A DNA stretch of 64,000 bases, from positions 290-64,289 of the forward strand of contig CADAZC010000001.1 in assembly GCA_902792295.1 (NCBI GenBank), given 5' to 3'. The notes under the pieces are model-generated. The model worked only from the letters and a program-made list of their open reading frames with translations, had not been told where the DNA came from and ran no database searches. Shown here one piece after another: positions 29,960 through 39,351 of this stretch (the stretch's first letter is position 1; each line of letters starts with the position of its first letter). Origin of the DNA: an uncultured Eubacteriales bacterium (GTDB lineage Bacteria; Bacillota; Clostridia; Christensenellales; CAG-138). Both the position numbers and the translations under genes were made by a program.

Positions 29960-30181
29960 ATGGGAAGAATTATTCTGCGGCTTGACCGCGTCATGGCGGA
30001 TCGAAAGATGAGCTTGAACGAGCTGAGCGAACGCGTCGGCGTTGCGAACGTCAATCTCAGCAAACTGAAGAACGGACATATCAGCGCGATCCGGTTTTCG
30101 ACGCTGATCGCGATCTGCGAGGCGCTCAACTGTCAGCCGGGCGACATTCTGGAATACGCGCCGGACGAACCGGAAGAATAA
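29960..30181 (+). CDS. YozG-like XRE-family HTH transcriptional regulator
   Basis: ILRLDRVMADRKMSLNELSERVGVANVNLSKLKNG...LNCQPGDILEY; 73 aa. Confidence 0.85.
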   Translation: MGRIILRLDRVMADRKMSLNELSERVGVANVNLSKLKNGHISAIRFSTLIAICEALNCQPGDILEYAPDEPEE

Positions 30182-30187
30182 GGAATC

Positions 30188-30220
30188 AAAAAAGAAGCGA
30201 CCTTTTCGGTCGCTTCTTTT
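30188..30220. terminator. bidirectional terminator
   Basis: AGAAGCGACC / GGTCGCTTCT stem flanked by an A-run and a T-run, between convergent genes. Confidence 0.8.
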
Positions 30221-30233
30221 GCGTTTCGGTTGT

Positions 30234-31199
30234 TTAGGACTGCTTTTCCGCGTTTTTCTTTTCGCGGTTCTTTCTGACGCGGCGCTTGATGCCCTTGACG
30301 ATGAGGATGACGATCAGCACCTGAATGCCGATGATGACGAGGACCACGATGATCTCCGGCGCGTTGCCGAGGAACCATGCGGCGAAGTTCTTTAAGCCGT
30401 CGCCGACGTCTTCCAAGCTCTCGCGGAAGCGGCGGGAGACCTCCTCGCCGAAGGTTTCTTCGACGACCGGCGTTTCGCGCTCGACTTCATTGACGGAAAG
30501 CGATACGGAGGAAAGCGCGATCTGATCGTCGTAGGTGCGCAGGATCGCTTCATAGGATTCGATCTCATAGCTCACATAGGTCAGACGGTCCTGCACGGTG
30601 ATGATGTCCTCGACCGTGGTGGCTTTCGAAAGGATTTCCAAAAGTGCGGTCTGCTCGGTGCGCAGCGCTTCAAGGTGCTTTTCGGAATCGACATAGCTCG
30701 TGGTGACGTCGCGGAGTCCCGTGCTGACGGAGGTGACGTTGCCGAGACCGGACACGGTGTTCAGAAACTCGTCGAGCCGGTCGGCGGGAATACGGACGGT
30801 GTAGCGCGCGTAGCGGAGCGGATGATCGCTGCGATAGCTGCGCGTGCCGACGCTGCTCGATTCGATGTAGCCGCCGAACCCTTCGACGGAGCCCGTGAGC
30901 TGTTCGACGAACGTGTCGAACACGAGCGTTTCCACGGACATATCCGCATTGCGGATGATCTTGCGGTTGGAAAGAGCGGTCGACGGATTCGACGCAGGCG
31001 CGGCGGCGGTATTGCCTTCATATCCGTAGGCGGTGTCCGCCATTTCCATCGGCGCCTCAGGTTCGTCGTATGCGTAATCCGCTTTGGCCTGAGAGGAATA
31101 GTATACGCCGTTTTCGGGGGCTGCGGCTTTGCCGGAGCAGCCGAACGCCATGGCGACTGCCAGCAGGAAAACAAGTGCGATCGGGATAATCCGTTTCAT
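30234..31199 (-). CDS. DUF4349-like lipoprotein with C-terminal TM anchor
   Basis: MKRIIPIALVFLLAVAMAFGC lipobox. RKIIRNADMSVET...RIPADRLDEFL...DVTTSYVDSEKHLEAL pattern. The ATG at 31199 is preferred over the ORF-track start at 31322. Confidence 0.7.
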   Translation of the reverse strand: MKRIIPIALVFLLAVAMAFGCSGKAAAPENGVYYSSQAKADYAYDEPEAPMEMADTAYGYEGNTAAAPASNPSTALSNRKIIRNADMSVETLVFDTFVEQLTGSVEGFGGYIESSSVGTRSYRSDHPLRYARYTVRIPADRLDEFLNTVSGLGNVTSVSTGLRDVTTSYVDSEKHLEALRTEQTALLEILSKATTVEDIITVQDRLTYVSYEIESYEAILRTYDDQIALSSVSLSVNEVERETPVVEETFGEEVSRRFRESLEDVGDGLKNFAAWFLGNAPEIIVVLVIIGIQVLIVILIVKGIKRRVRKNREKKNAEKQS

Positions 31200-31293
31200 A
31201 GTGATTTCTCCTTTTTTTGTGATTTCATATGGAATACCGCACGGCACGCCGTTCGGTTGCAAAAAGTCCGCGTTTTTTGCGGGCTTTTGTTGC

Positions 31294-32124
31294 TCAGCCG
31301 TTCCAGACGCCGGAGAAGACAATCTCCGCCGGTCCGGTCATATAGACGCGGTTGTCGGTCTCTGACCATTCGATCAGCAGCGTGCCGAGCGTAAGCTCGA
31401 CCGTGACTTTGCGTCCGGTCTTGCCGCCCAGCACGCAGGCGACCGCCGCGGCGCAGGCGCCCGTTCCGCAGGCGAGCGTACAGCCGCAGCCGCGTTCCCA
31501 GGTGCGCATTCTGATGCGGTCATCGGACAGGACCTGCACGAAATCAACGTTTGTGCGCTCGGGGAACAGCGGGTCGTTCTCGATCAGCGGACCGTACTTC
31601 GACACGTCCGCTTCGATCAGCGGATCGACGAATACAACGGTGTGCGGTACGCCGATGCGAACGGAGGAGAACGGGAACGTGCGATCCTCTGCAGTCAGAA
31701 GCATGCCGATCGCGCGGCCGTCGACCTTGACGGGCACGTCCTTCGCCTCGATCTTCGGTTCGCCCATATCCACGCGAACGCCGTCCACGCGTCCGTTTTT
31801 CAGGACGATGCGCGGTTTCATGACGCCCGCGCCGGTTTCGACCGTGAATTCCGTGCCGCGTACGACGCCGTTCTCGAAAACATACCGTGCGAACGCGCGA
31901 ATGCCGTTGCCGCACATCTCGGCTTCGCTGCCGTCGGCGTTGATGATGCGCATGCGCACGTCGGCGACCGCCGAGTTCAGGAGGATCAAAGCGCCGTCTG
32001 CGCCGACGCCGGTGTGCCGGTTGCAGATCTTCACGGTCAGCGCGTTCCAGTCGACGCCCATCACTTCTCTGCCGTCGAACAGCACGAAGTCGTTTCCGAG
32101 GCCATGCATCTTATAAAACTTCAT
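31294..32124 (-). CDS. dapF: diaminopimelate epimerase
   Basis: MKFYKMHGLGNDFVLFD, with catalytic Cys contexts MCGNG and ACGTGA. Confidence 0.9.
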   Translation of the reverse strand: MKFYKMHGLGNDFVLFDGREVMGVDWNALTVKICNRHTGVGADGALILLNSAVADVRMRIINADGSEAEMCGNGIRAFARYVFENGVVRGTEFTVETGAGVMKPRIVLKNGRVDGVRVDMGEPKIEAKDVPVKVDGRAIGMLLTAEDRTFPFSSVRIGVPHTVVFVDPLIEADVSKYGPLIENDPLFPERTNVDFVQVLSDDRIRMRTWERGCGCTLACGTGACAAAVACVLGGKTGRKVTVELTLGTLLIEWSETDNRVYMTGPAEIVFSGVWNG

Positions 32125-32471
32125 TCCGAATCCTCCCCGAACATGTCCTCGAAGATCTCGTCCGCGTAGGCGTGCACGACCGATTCAAACCTGCGGTACG
32201 CGGTAAGAAACCGCCTGCCGCGTTCGGTGAGATGCGCGCTGCCGCCGCCCTTGCCGCCCACGGTGGAATCCAGAAGCGGAAAGCCCAGCGCGTTTTCCGC
32301 GGTCTTGACGATGCGCCACGCCTTACTGTATGCCATGCCCATGTCCTGCGTGGCTTTTCGCAGCGAGTGCGTCTGTTCGACACGCTCCAGAAGCTCGGCA
32401 ATGCCCGGTCCGAAAATCTTTTCCTCGCCGTACACGCGCAGCATCAGCGTATAGCGCAGCTTCTCCGCCAT
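32121..32471 (-). CDS. ModE-N-terminal-like winged-helix regulator
   Basis: GPGIAELLERVEQTHSLRKATQDMGMAYSKAWRIVKTAE...GGKGGGSAHLTERG resembles the ModE/LysR-type wHTH. Overlaps the dapF start by 4 nt. Confidence 0.55.
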   Translation of the reverse strand: MAEKLRYTLMLRVYGEEKIFGPGIAELLERVEQTHSLRKATQDMGMAYSKAWRIVKTAENALGFPLLDSTVGGKGGGSAHLTERGRRFLTAYRRFESVVHAYADEIFEDMFGEDSE

Positions 32472-32590
32472 CGGTCGTACCTCCGTGCAACTTTTTCCGT
32501 ATATCATTATAGCCCGCGGACGGGAAAAACGCAAGTTTTGGTTGTATTGTGCATATTCTTTGCCGAGAAGATCAAAAAGGAGTGTTCGAC

Positions 32591-34060
32591 ATGGAGATAC
32601 GAAAAACGACGCTTATGACGGAAACGCTGTTCGGAGAAACGACGGCGCAGGCACAGATGGAAAGCGCGATCCCGCTGCCGCAGGGGAAGACGCTGGAACG
32701 CGTGCTGTCGGCGGAGAGCGAAGCGACGGTCGACGAGATCAGCTGCCGGGACGGCGCGATCGTCGTGACGGGGACGATGACGCTGCGTCCGACGGTGGAA
32801 AGCACCGAGCGGCTTCCGTACGCGTTCGAGGCGGCGGCGGAGTTTTCACACACGATCCGCATGGAGGGCGTGACGCCAGAAATGACGGCGCGCGTTTCCG
32901 CGGAGATCCCGGCGTGCAGCGTGAAGCGCGAGGACGGAGGACTCCGGATGCAGGCGACGGTGCAGCTTCGCGCCGCGGTGTTCCAGCCGGAACAGATCGA
33001 CTGCATCACGGGACTGGACGACGCGAAGGACGCGGAAACGCTGACGGCTTCGGTCACGTTGAAAAAACGTACGCTGCTCGGCGCGCACAGTCTGCGGATG
33101 AATGAGGAGATCGACGCGCCGCGCGGCATGACGGTGATCAAGGCGACCGCAACGCCGCTCGTCAACGGGCTTGTCAAGGGCACGGAGGGCATGCTGCCGC
33201 AGGGCGAGCTGAAGCTGTGCGTGCTGTACGGCGCGGCGGACGGCGGCATTCGCAGAGAGCAGTATTCGCTGCCGTTTTCCGACGTGATCGCCTGCGAGCC
33301 GGGGGAGAACGCGTTTGCGACCGCGACGCTGACCTCGCTTTCGGTCACGGTCGAGGAGGAGGGGGCGGCGACGGTCGACGCGGCGATGTCGATCGGCGTG
33401 TACGGCTGTACTTCGGAAACGCTGCGGATCCTGACCGACGCGTACGACGCGGCGAGCGATTTCTCCTGCGGCGTCCGGCACGCGCGGGCGCTGAACTACG
33501 AGGGCGCATGGAGCCAGAACGTACAGATGACCGAAAACATCCCCGTACCGTCGCACATGAAGGATGCGTACCTGCCGCTGTATGCCGCGCTGCGCCCCGC
33601 CGTGACGCGCGCCGCGGTCGAGAACGGCAAGGGCATGATCGAAGGCGTGCTGGCCGCAACGGTCGTCTATCGCGACGACGACGGCATGAAGCAGAGCTTC
33701 ACCTACGAACTGCCGCTGTCGTTTGAAACGGAGGCGAAGGGCACGCTGCCGGTCGTGCGCATCCGCGCGTTCGACGCGTCGCTTTCCGGCGGCGGGCGCA
33801 CCGTTGCGCTCACAATGACGGTGTCGGTCGAAACGGAGTGGTACCGCGCGTTTACGTTCGACCACGTGCCGGAGCTCGGTCCGGGTGTTCCGTGTGAGAC
33901 GGACTGCGGTATGCTGGTCTGGTTTGCCGATCCGGACGAAACGGTGTTCTCGATCGGCAAGCGTTTCGGCGTGTCGACGGAACGCGTGAAGTCCTGCAAC
34001 CCGACGCTGTCCGAACCGATCAGGGAGGGCACGCCGGTGCTGCTGATCCGCTCGAACTGA
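32591..34060 (+). CDS. SPOCS (DUF3794) domain protein with C-terminal LysM, SipL/SpoVID-like
   Basis: Long beta-rich repeats, then a C-terminal LysM-like segment VWFADPDETVFSIGKRFGVSTERVKSCNP...GTPVLLI. ATG at 32591 follows AAAAGGAG. Confidence 0.55.
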   Translation: MEIRKTTLMTETLFGETTAQAQMESAIPLPQGKTLERVLSAESEATVDEISCRDGAIVVTGTMTLRPTVESTERLPYAFEAAAEFSHTIRMEGVTPEMTARVSAEIPACSVKREDGGLRMQATVQLRAAVFQPEQIDCITGLDDAKDAETLTASVTLKKRTLLGAHSLRMNEEIDAPRGMTVIKATATPLVNGLVKGTEGMLPQGELKLCVLYGAADGGIRREQYSLPFSDVIACEPGENAFATATLTSLSVTVEEEGAATVDAAMSIGVYGCTSETLRILTDAYDAASDFSCGVRHARALNYEGAWSQNVQMTENIPVPSHMKDAYLPLYAALRPAVTRAAVENGKGMIEGVLAATVVYRDDDGMKQSFTYELPLSFETEAKGTLPVVRIRAFDASLSGGGRTVALTMTVSVETEWYRAFTFDHVPELGPGVPCETDCGMLVWFADPDETVFSIGKRFGVSTERVKSCNPTLSEPIREGTPVLLIRSN

Positions 34061-34077
34061 ATCCGGAACGGTTTACG

Positions 34078-34109
34078 GGATCCGTTTTTCGAAAGCGGAT
34101 CCTTTTTTT
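34078..34109 (+). terminator. intrinsic terminator
   Basis: GGATCCG / CGGATCC stem followed by TTTTTTT. Confidence 0.7.
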
Positions 34110-34243
34110 CCGTGTGCGGCAAACCGAAAAATATATTCTGTTTTTGACGGTGAAAACGCGGGTCGCTCGGTTGACTTTTATCCGCAAAGTGATATCATAT
34201 TTTTGTTGGGAAATTCCCAAAATAAACTATTATCGGAGGAGCT

Positions 34244-35590
34244 ATGAACAGCTATATCGAACGTGTCCTCGCGGACGTCGAACGCCGCGACAAGAACGAG
34301 CCGGAATTCCTTCAGACCGTTGAAGAAGTTTTGAAGTCCCTCGAAGTCATCGTTTCCCGTCATCCCGAGTATGAGGCGAACGGCCTTCTCGAGCGCATGG
34401 TGGAGCCGGAGCGCGTCATCGAGTTCCGCGTACCGTGGGTGGACGATCAGGGCGTTGTCCGCATCAACCGCGGCTTCCGCGTACAGTTCAACAGCGCGAT
34501 CGGACCGTACAAGGGCGGCATCCGTTTCAACAAGAACGTCAACCTGTCCGTTATGAAGTTCCTCGGCTTCGAGCAGACCTTCAAAAACAGTTTGACCTCC
34601 CTCCCGATGGGCGGCGGCAAGGGCGGCGCGGACTTTGATCCGACCGGCAAGAGCGATCGTGAGATCATGCGTTTCTGCCAGAGCTTCATGACCGAGCTCT
34701 ATCGTCACATCGGCCCGAACGTGGACGTTCCGGCAGGCGACATGGGCGTCGGCGGTCGTGAGATCGGCTACATGTTCGGTCAGTACAAGCGCATCCGCAA
34801 TGCGTATGAGAACGGCGTTCTCACCGGCAAGGGTCTTTCCTTCGGCGGTTCCCTCATTCGTCCGGAAGCAACCGGCTACGGTGCGGTCTACTATCTCTGC
34901 GAAGTTTTGAAGCATGAGAACGACACCATCAAGGGCAAGACCATCGCGGTCTCCGGCTTCGGCAATGTTGCATGGGGCGTCACCAAGAAGGCAGCCGAGC
35001 TCGGCGCAAAGGTCGTCACGCTCTCCGGCCCGGACGGCTACATCTACGATCCGGACGGCGTCGTCACCGAGGAGAAGATCAACTACATGCTCGAGATGAA
35101 CGCATCCCGCCGCAACCGCGTGCAGGACTATGCGGACAAGTTCGGTGTTGAGTTCTTCCCGGGCGAGAAGCCCTTCGGCCGCAAGGTCGACATCGTCATG
35201 CCCTGCGCAATGCAGAATGACGTGCACATGGATTCCGCGCAGAAGATCGTTGCGAACGGCATCAAGTACTACATCGAAGTCGCGAACATGCCGACGACCA
35301 ACGACGCGCTGTTCTATCTGATGGATCAGGGTCTCGTCGTTGCTCCGTCCAAGGCGGTCAACGCGGGCGGCGTCTCCGTCTCCGGTCTCGAAATGAGCCA
35401 GAACTCCGAGCGTCTCTCCTGGACGGCGGAGGAAGTCGATGCGAAGCTCCACAACATCATGATCAACATCCACAAGGCATCCGTCGAAGCGGCGGAAGAG
35501 TGCGGACTCGGCTACAACCTGGTTGCCGGCGCGAACATCGCGGGCTTCAAGAAGGTTGCGGACGCTATGCTGGCACAGGGCATCGTCTGA
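34244..35590 (+). CDS. gdhA: NADP-specific glutamate dehydrogenase
   Basis: GPYKGGIRF, LPMGGGKGGADFDP, GFGNVAWG; 448 aa. Confidence 0.9.
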   Translation: MNSYIERVLADVERRDKNEPEFLQTVEEVLKSLEVIVSRHPEYEANGLLERMVEPERVIEFRVPWVDDQGVVRINRGFRVQFNSAIGPYKGGIRFNKNVNLSVMKFLGFEQTFKNSLTSLPMGGGKGGADFDPTGKSDREIMRFCQSFMTELYRHIGPNVDVPAGDMGVGGREIGYMFGQYKRIRNAYENGVLTGKGLSFGGSLIRPEATGYGAVYYLCEVLKHENDTIKGKTIAVSGFGNVAWGVTKKAAELGAKVVTLSGPDGYIYDPDGVVTEEKINYMLEMNASRRNRVQDYADKFGVEFFPGEKPFGRKVDIVMPCAMQNDVHMDSAQKIVANGIKYYIEVANMPTTNDALFYLMDQGLVVAPSKAVNAGGVSVSGLEMSQNSERLSWTAEEVDAKLHNIMINIHKASVEAAEECGLGYNLVAGANIAGFKKVADAMLAQGIV

Positions 35591-35617
35591 TCCCGAACGA
35601 TCACAATCTCCCAATCG

Positions 35618-35647
35618 AAAAGGACTTCCGAAAGGAAGTCCTTTTTT
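35618..35647. terminator. bidirectional terminator
   Basis: AGGACTTCC-GAAA-GGAAGTCCT flanked by an A-run and a T-run, between convergent gdhA and the Na/Pi transporter gene. Confidence 0.8.
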
Positions 35648-35691
35648 GATGCACGATCGACGGCGATTCGTTTTTCGTCAGACCGAAGGCG

Positions 35692-37329
35692 TTACGCCTG
35701 TCCCGCCTCCGCGATGTTCAGCGCGTGGTCGCTGATACGTTCGAGGTCGGTCAGCGCTTCCACATAAAGCATGCCGATCTCGGCAGAGCACTTGCCCTCG
35801 GAAAGACGCTTGATGTGGTTGTCTTCGTACAGATCGACGAGATCGTCGACCTCCTGCTCGCGTTCGGCAATGTTCGAAAGCGGCATTGCCTTGGGCGTTC
35901 TCATGCAGGTGTGCGCGTCCTCAACGATGGTCAGTACCTTGAGGAACAGCGGCGCGATCTCATCCATGGCGGCTTCGGAGAACTGCATCTTCCGCTCGCG
36001 CATGTGCTGGATATAGCCCGCAATATTGTTTGCGTGGTCGCCGATGCGCTCGTAGTCGACGATGACGTGATGCATGCGGTCGACCGAACGCGCATCGGAT
36101 TCGCCGAGGCCGTTGCGGTTGATCTCAACAAGGTACTTCGAGATCTCGGAATTCAGCCAGTCGAGCGTTTCTTCGTTTTCGGCGATGCCGTCGAGATCGC
36201 CCTTTCTGGGCGCGGTCATGGCGGCATAAACCTTTTTGAGATTCTCGTGCGCGATATCGTACATGCGCTCGGTCTCCTTTTCGACCGAAGCGACCGCGGT
36301 GACGGAGGAACCGAAGTCCTTGCCGCCGACAATGTGGATGAGGCGGCGTCCGTCAAGCTTGTCTTCACCGCGGATGATGAGCCGCGAGAGCTTGATGAGC
36401 AGCGACGAGAGCGGGAACATGAGGACGGTCGCCGCGATCTTTAAGAACGTATTGGCGTTCGCAAGCTGCTGCGCATAGTTGGGCGTACCGTTGACGCTGC
36501 CGGAAATGCGCGCGATGAAATCAAGCACGCCGGGGAAGAGTTGCAGAAGGATGACGCAGATGATGCAGGCGAACACATTGAACAGCACGTGGATGCAGGC
36601 GGTGCGCTTTGCGTCCTTTGTGCCGCCGACCGAGGCGAGCACCGAAACGGTGGTGCAGCCGATGTTCTGTCCGCAGATCAGGTATACCGCAATGCCGAGC
36701 GGGTTCGTGCCGAGCGCCCCGGACATCGCCATCGCCTGCAGTACGCCGACCGAAGCCGAAACGCTCTGCAGAAGCATCGTCATGACCGTACCGACGAGCA
36801 CCGCCAGAAGCGGATGGTTGTCGAGACTGAGGATCAGGTTTTTGAACCATTCAACTTCGGCAAGCACCTTCATGTGTTCCTTCATAAGCGTCATGCCCAT
36901 GAACAGAAGACCGAGACCGGTCAGCGCGTACAGAATGTCGCTCCACGGACGCTTTTTCAGGAATGTCATCGCCATGACGCCCGCGAACGCAATGATCGGG
37001 GCGTAGGCGTCGATGTTGAACGCAATGAGCTGACCGGTGATCGTGGTGCCGATGTTGGCGCCCATGATGACGCCGACGGCATTTTCAAGGGGCATCAGGC
37101 CCGCGTTGACAAAGCCGACGGTCATGACGGAGACCGCGTTCGAGCTTTGGATGATACCCGTGATCACCGTACCGACGAGCAGCCCCAAAAACCGGTTTGT
37201 CGTCAGCTTTTCGAGGATCGACTTGAGCTTTGCACCCGCCAGCCGCTCGATGCCGTTGCCCATGATTTTGATGCCGAACAGGAAAATCGCGATGCCGCCG
37301 ATGATCCCGAGCACATTTTCGAATGGCAT
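35692..37329 (-). CDS. Na/Pi cotransporter family protein with C-terminal PhoU-like domains
   Basis: GIAIFLFGIKIMGNGIERLAG and IQSSNAVSVMTVGFV repeats, with a C-terminal ERIGDHANNI / ERISDHALNI PhoU signature. The ATG at 37329 is preferred over the ORF-track start at 37470. Confidence 0.85.
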   Translation of the reverse strand: MPFENVLGIIGGIAIFLFGIKIMGNGIERLAGAKLKSILEKLTTNRFLGLLVGTVITGIIQSSNAVSVMTVGFVNAGLMPLENAVGVIMGANIGTTITGQLIAFNIDAYAPIIAFAGVMAMTFLKKRPWSDILYALTGLGLLFMGMTLMKEHMKVLAEVEWFKNLILSLDNHPLLAVLVGTVMTMLLQSVSASVGVLQAMAMSGALGTNPLGIAVYLICGQNIGCTTVSVLASVGGTKDAKRTACIHVLFNVFACIICVILLQLFPGVLDFIARISGSVNGTPNYAQQLANANTFLKIAATVLMFPLSSLLIKLSRLIIRGEDKLDGRRLIHIVGGKDFGSSVTAVASVEKETERMYDIAHENLKKVYAAMTAPRKGDLDGIAENEETLDWLNSEISKYLVEINRNGLGESDARSVDRMHHVIVDYERIGDHANNIAGYIQHMRERKMQFSEAAMDEIAPLFLKVLTIVEDAHTCMRTPKAMPLSNIAEREQEVDDLVDLYEDNHIKRLSEGKCSAEIGMLYVEALTDLERISDHALNIAEAGQA

Positions 37330-37428
37330 AAATACCGAACCTCCCCATACTCTCCTGCCTGTATCGTAACAGAAACACGTTGCGTTTGCAACCGGATTCC
37401 GTAAACTATTTACGTAAAATCTGTGTAA

Positions 37429-37454
37429 GAAAAAACGGACCGTTTTCCGGTCCG
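37429..37454 (-). terminator. intrinsic terminator after the ABC exporter gene
   Basis: On the minus strand, CGGACCG-GAAAA-CGGTCCG followed by TTTTTT. Confidence 0.7.
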
Positions 37455-37470
37455 TGACGGATAGATGCAT

Positions 37471-39318
37471 TTATTCGGTTTTTTCGGATTCCCTGTCGAT
37501 GATCTTCCGGAACTGCGTCTCGTACAGCTCGCGGTAGATGCCGTTTTTCTGCAAAAGCTCGTCGTGCGTGCCCTGCTCGGAGATCGTGCCGTTTGCAACG
37601 ACCAGAATGCGGTCTGCCTTGAGGATCGTCGAAAGCCGGTGCGCGATGACGATGGAGGTGCGCCCCTTCATCAGCGCTTCGAGCGCGTCCTGGATCGCGT
37701 TTTCCGAGATGGAGTCGAGCGCGGACGTCGCCTCGTCGAGGATCAGGATGCTCGGATTTTTGAGGATGATCCGCGCGATCGAGAGCCGCTGCTTTTCGCC
37801 GCCGGACAGCTTCAGCCCGCGGTTGCCGACGACCGTGTCGAGCCCGTCGGGCTGGTTTGCGATAAACTCGGTCAAGCTCGCCGTTTCGAGCGCCGCCATC
37901 AGTTCCTCGTCGGTCGCGTCCTCCTTTGCGTAGAGCAGATTGTCGCGGATCGTGCCGTTGAAGAGGTACGAATCCTGCGTGACGACGCCGATGCTCTGAC
38001 GAAGATACACAAGGTCGATCGCGCGCACGTCGGTCTGTCCGATCCGCACGCCGCCCGCGTTCACGTCGTAGAGACGGGGGAGGAGATTTACGATCGTACT
38101 CTTGCCGGAGCCGGACGGTCCGACGATGGCGTACATCTTTCCGGCGGGCACGGTGAAGTCGATGTCGCTCAGAAGCGGCTTTTCCGGCGAATAGGAGAAC
38201 GCCACGTGATCGTAGCGGATGTCGGCGCCGTCGATGGCGGGCTTGCGCGGCTGTTTGGGCGCCTGGATTGCCGGAACCATGTCGAAGTAGTTGAAGATGC
38301 GCGTGAACAGCGCAAGCGAGCGCGTGAAGTCCACGTGGATGTTGAGAAGTGACTGGACCGGGCGGTAGAGCCGGTTGATCAGCATGACGGTGGACGTGAT
38401 AACGCCGACGTCGAGGGTGGGATCGGTTTTTTTGATGATGAACCAGCCGCCGGCGAAGTAGATCAGAAGCGGACCGATCTCGGTGAACATGCCCATCAGG
38501 ACCATGAACCATTTGCCGCTGCGCTGTTCCTTCATGGAAAGCTTCGTCACCTCGTCGTTGACGGTTTCAAAGCGCTGCATCTCGCGCTTTTCCCGCGCAA
38601 ACAGCTTGACGAGCAGCGAGCCGGAAACGGAAAGCGTTTCGTTGACGAGCTGATTCATCTCGTCGTGCTTCGCCTGGCTTTCGCTCGCCAGCTTCCAGCG
38701 CGTTTTGCCCGCGGAACGCGTCGGCAGGATCAGAAGCGGGATAATGAGAATGCCGACAAGCGCAAGCTGCCAGCTCATGACGAACAGCGCGACGAGCGTG
38801 GAAACGACGATGACGATGTTGCGCACGATGCTGGTGAGCGTTCCGGAGATCACGCTGGAAACGCCGCCGATGTCGGAGTTCATGCGCGTGATGATGTCGC
38901 CCTGTTTTTCGGTGGTAAAGAACGCGTGCGGCATGGACAGCAGATGACCGTACATCTGGTTCTTCATGTCATAGATGATCTTGTTCGAGATCCACGCGTT
39001 GATATAGCTTTCCAGCACGCCGATGACCTGCGACGCCGTCAGCGTGACGAACGCCGCGATCAGCAGCTGAACGAGCAGCTTCATGTTCTTGCCGACCAGC
39101 GCCTCGTTGACGATCCGCCCCGTAATGATGCTCGGCAGAAGTCCGACGCCCGCGGAGACGAGGATCGTGACGAACACGAGCAAAAACTGCAGCCAGTACG
39201 GCTTCAGATAGGAGAGGATCCGTTTGATCAGCGATCCGGTCACTTTCGGAACGTTCTGTTTTTCTTCATCGGTCAGAAAACCGCGCGGTCCCATCGGTCC
39301 GCCCATCGGTCCCGGCAT
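37471..39318 (-). CDS. ABC exporter, fused permease/ATPase (MsbA/LmrA-like)
   Basis: Six N-terminal TM helices, Walker A GPSGSGKST, signature LSGGEKQR, Walker B ILILDEATSALD. Confidence 0.9.
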   Translation of the reverse strand: MPGPMGGPMGPRGFLTDEEKQNVPKVTGSLIKRILSYLKPYWLQFLLVFVTILVSAGVGLLPSIITGRIVNEALVGKNMKLLVQLLIAAFVTLTASQVIGVLESYINAWISNKIIYDMKNQMYGHLLSMPHAFFTTEKQGDIITRMNSDIGGVSSVISGTLTSIVRNIVIVVSTLVALFVMSWQLALVGILIIPLLILPTRSAGKTRWKLASESQAKHDEMNQLVNETLSVSGSLLVKLFAREKREMQRFETVNDEVTKLSMKEQRSGKWFMVLMGMFTEIGPLLIYFAGGWFIIKKTDPTLDVGVITSTVMLINRLYRPVQSLLNIHVDFTRSLALFTRIFNYFDMVPAIQAPKQPRKPAIDGADIRYDHVAFSYSPEKPLLSDIDFTVPAGKMYAIVGPSGSGKSTIVNLLPRLYDVNAGGVRIGQTDVRAIDLVYLRQSIGVVTQDSYLFNGTIRDNLLYAKEDATDEELMAALETASLTEFIANQPDGLDTVVGNRGLKLSGGEKQRLSIARIILKNPSILILDEATSALDSISENAIQDALEALMKGRTSIVIAHRLSTILKADRILVVANGTISEQGTHDELLQKNGIYRELYETQFRKIIDRESEKTE

Positions 39319-39351
39319 ATCGTAATCCTTTCCGCGGTCAATTCCGCTGTT

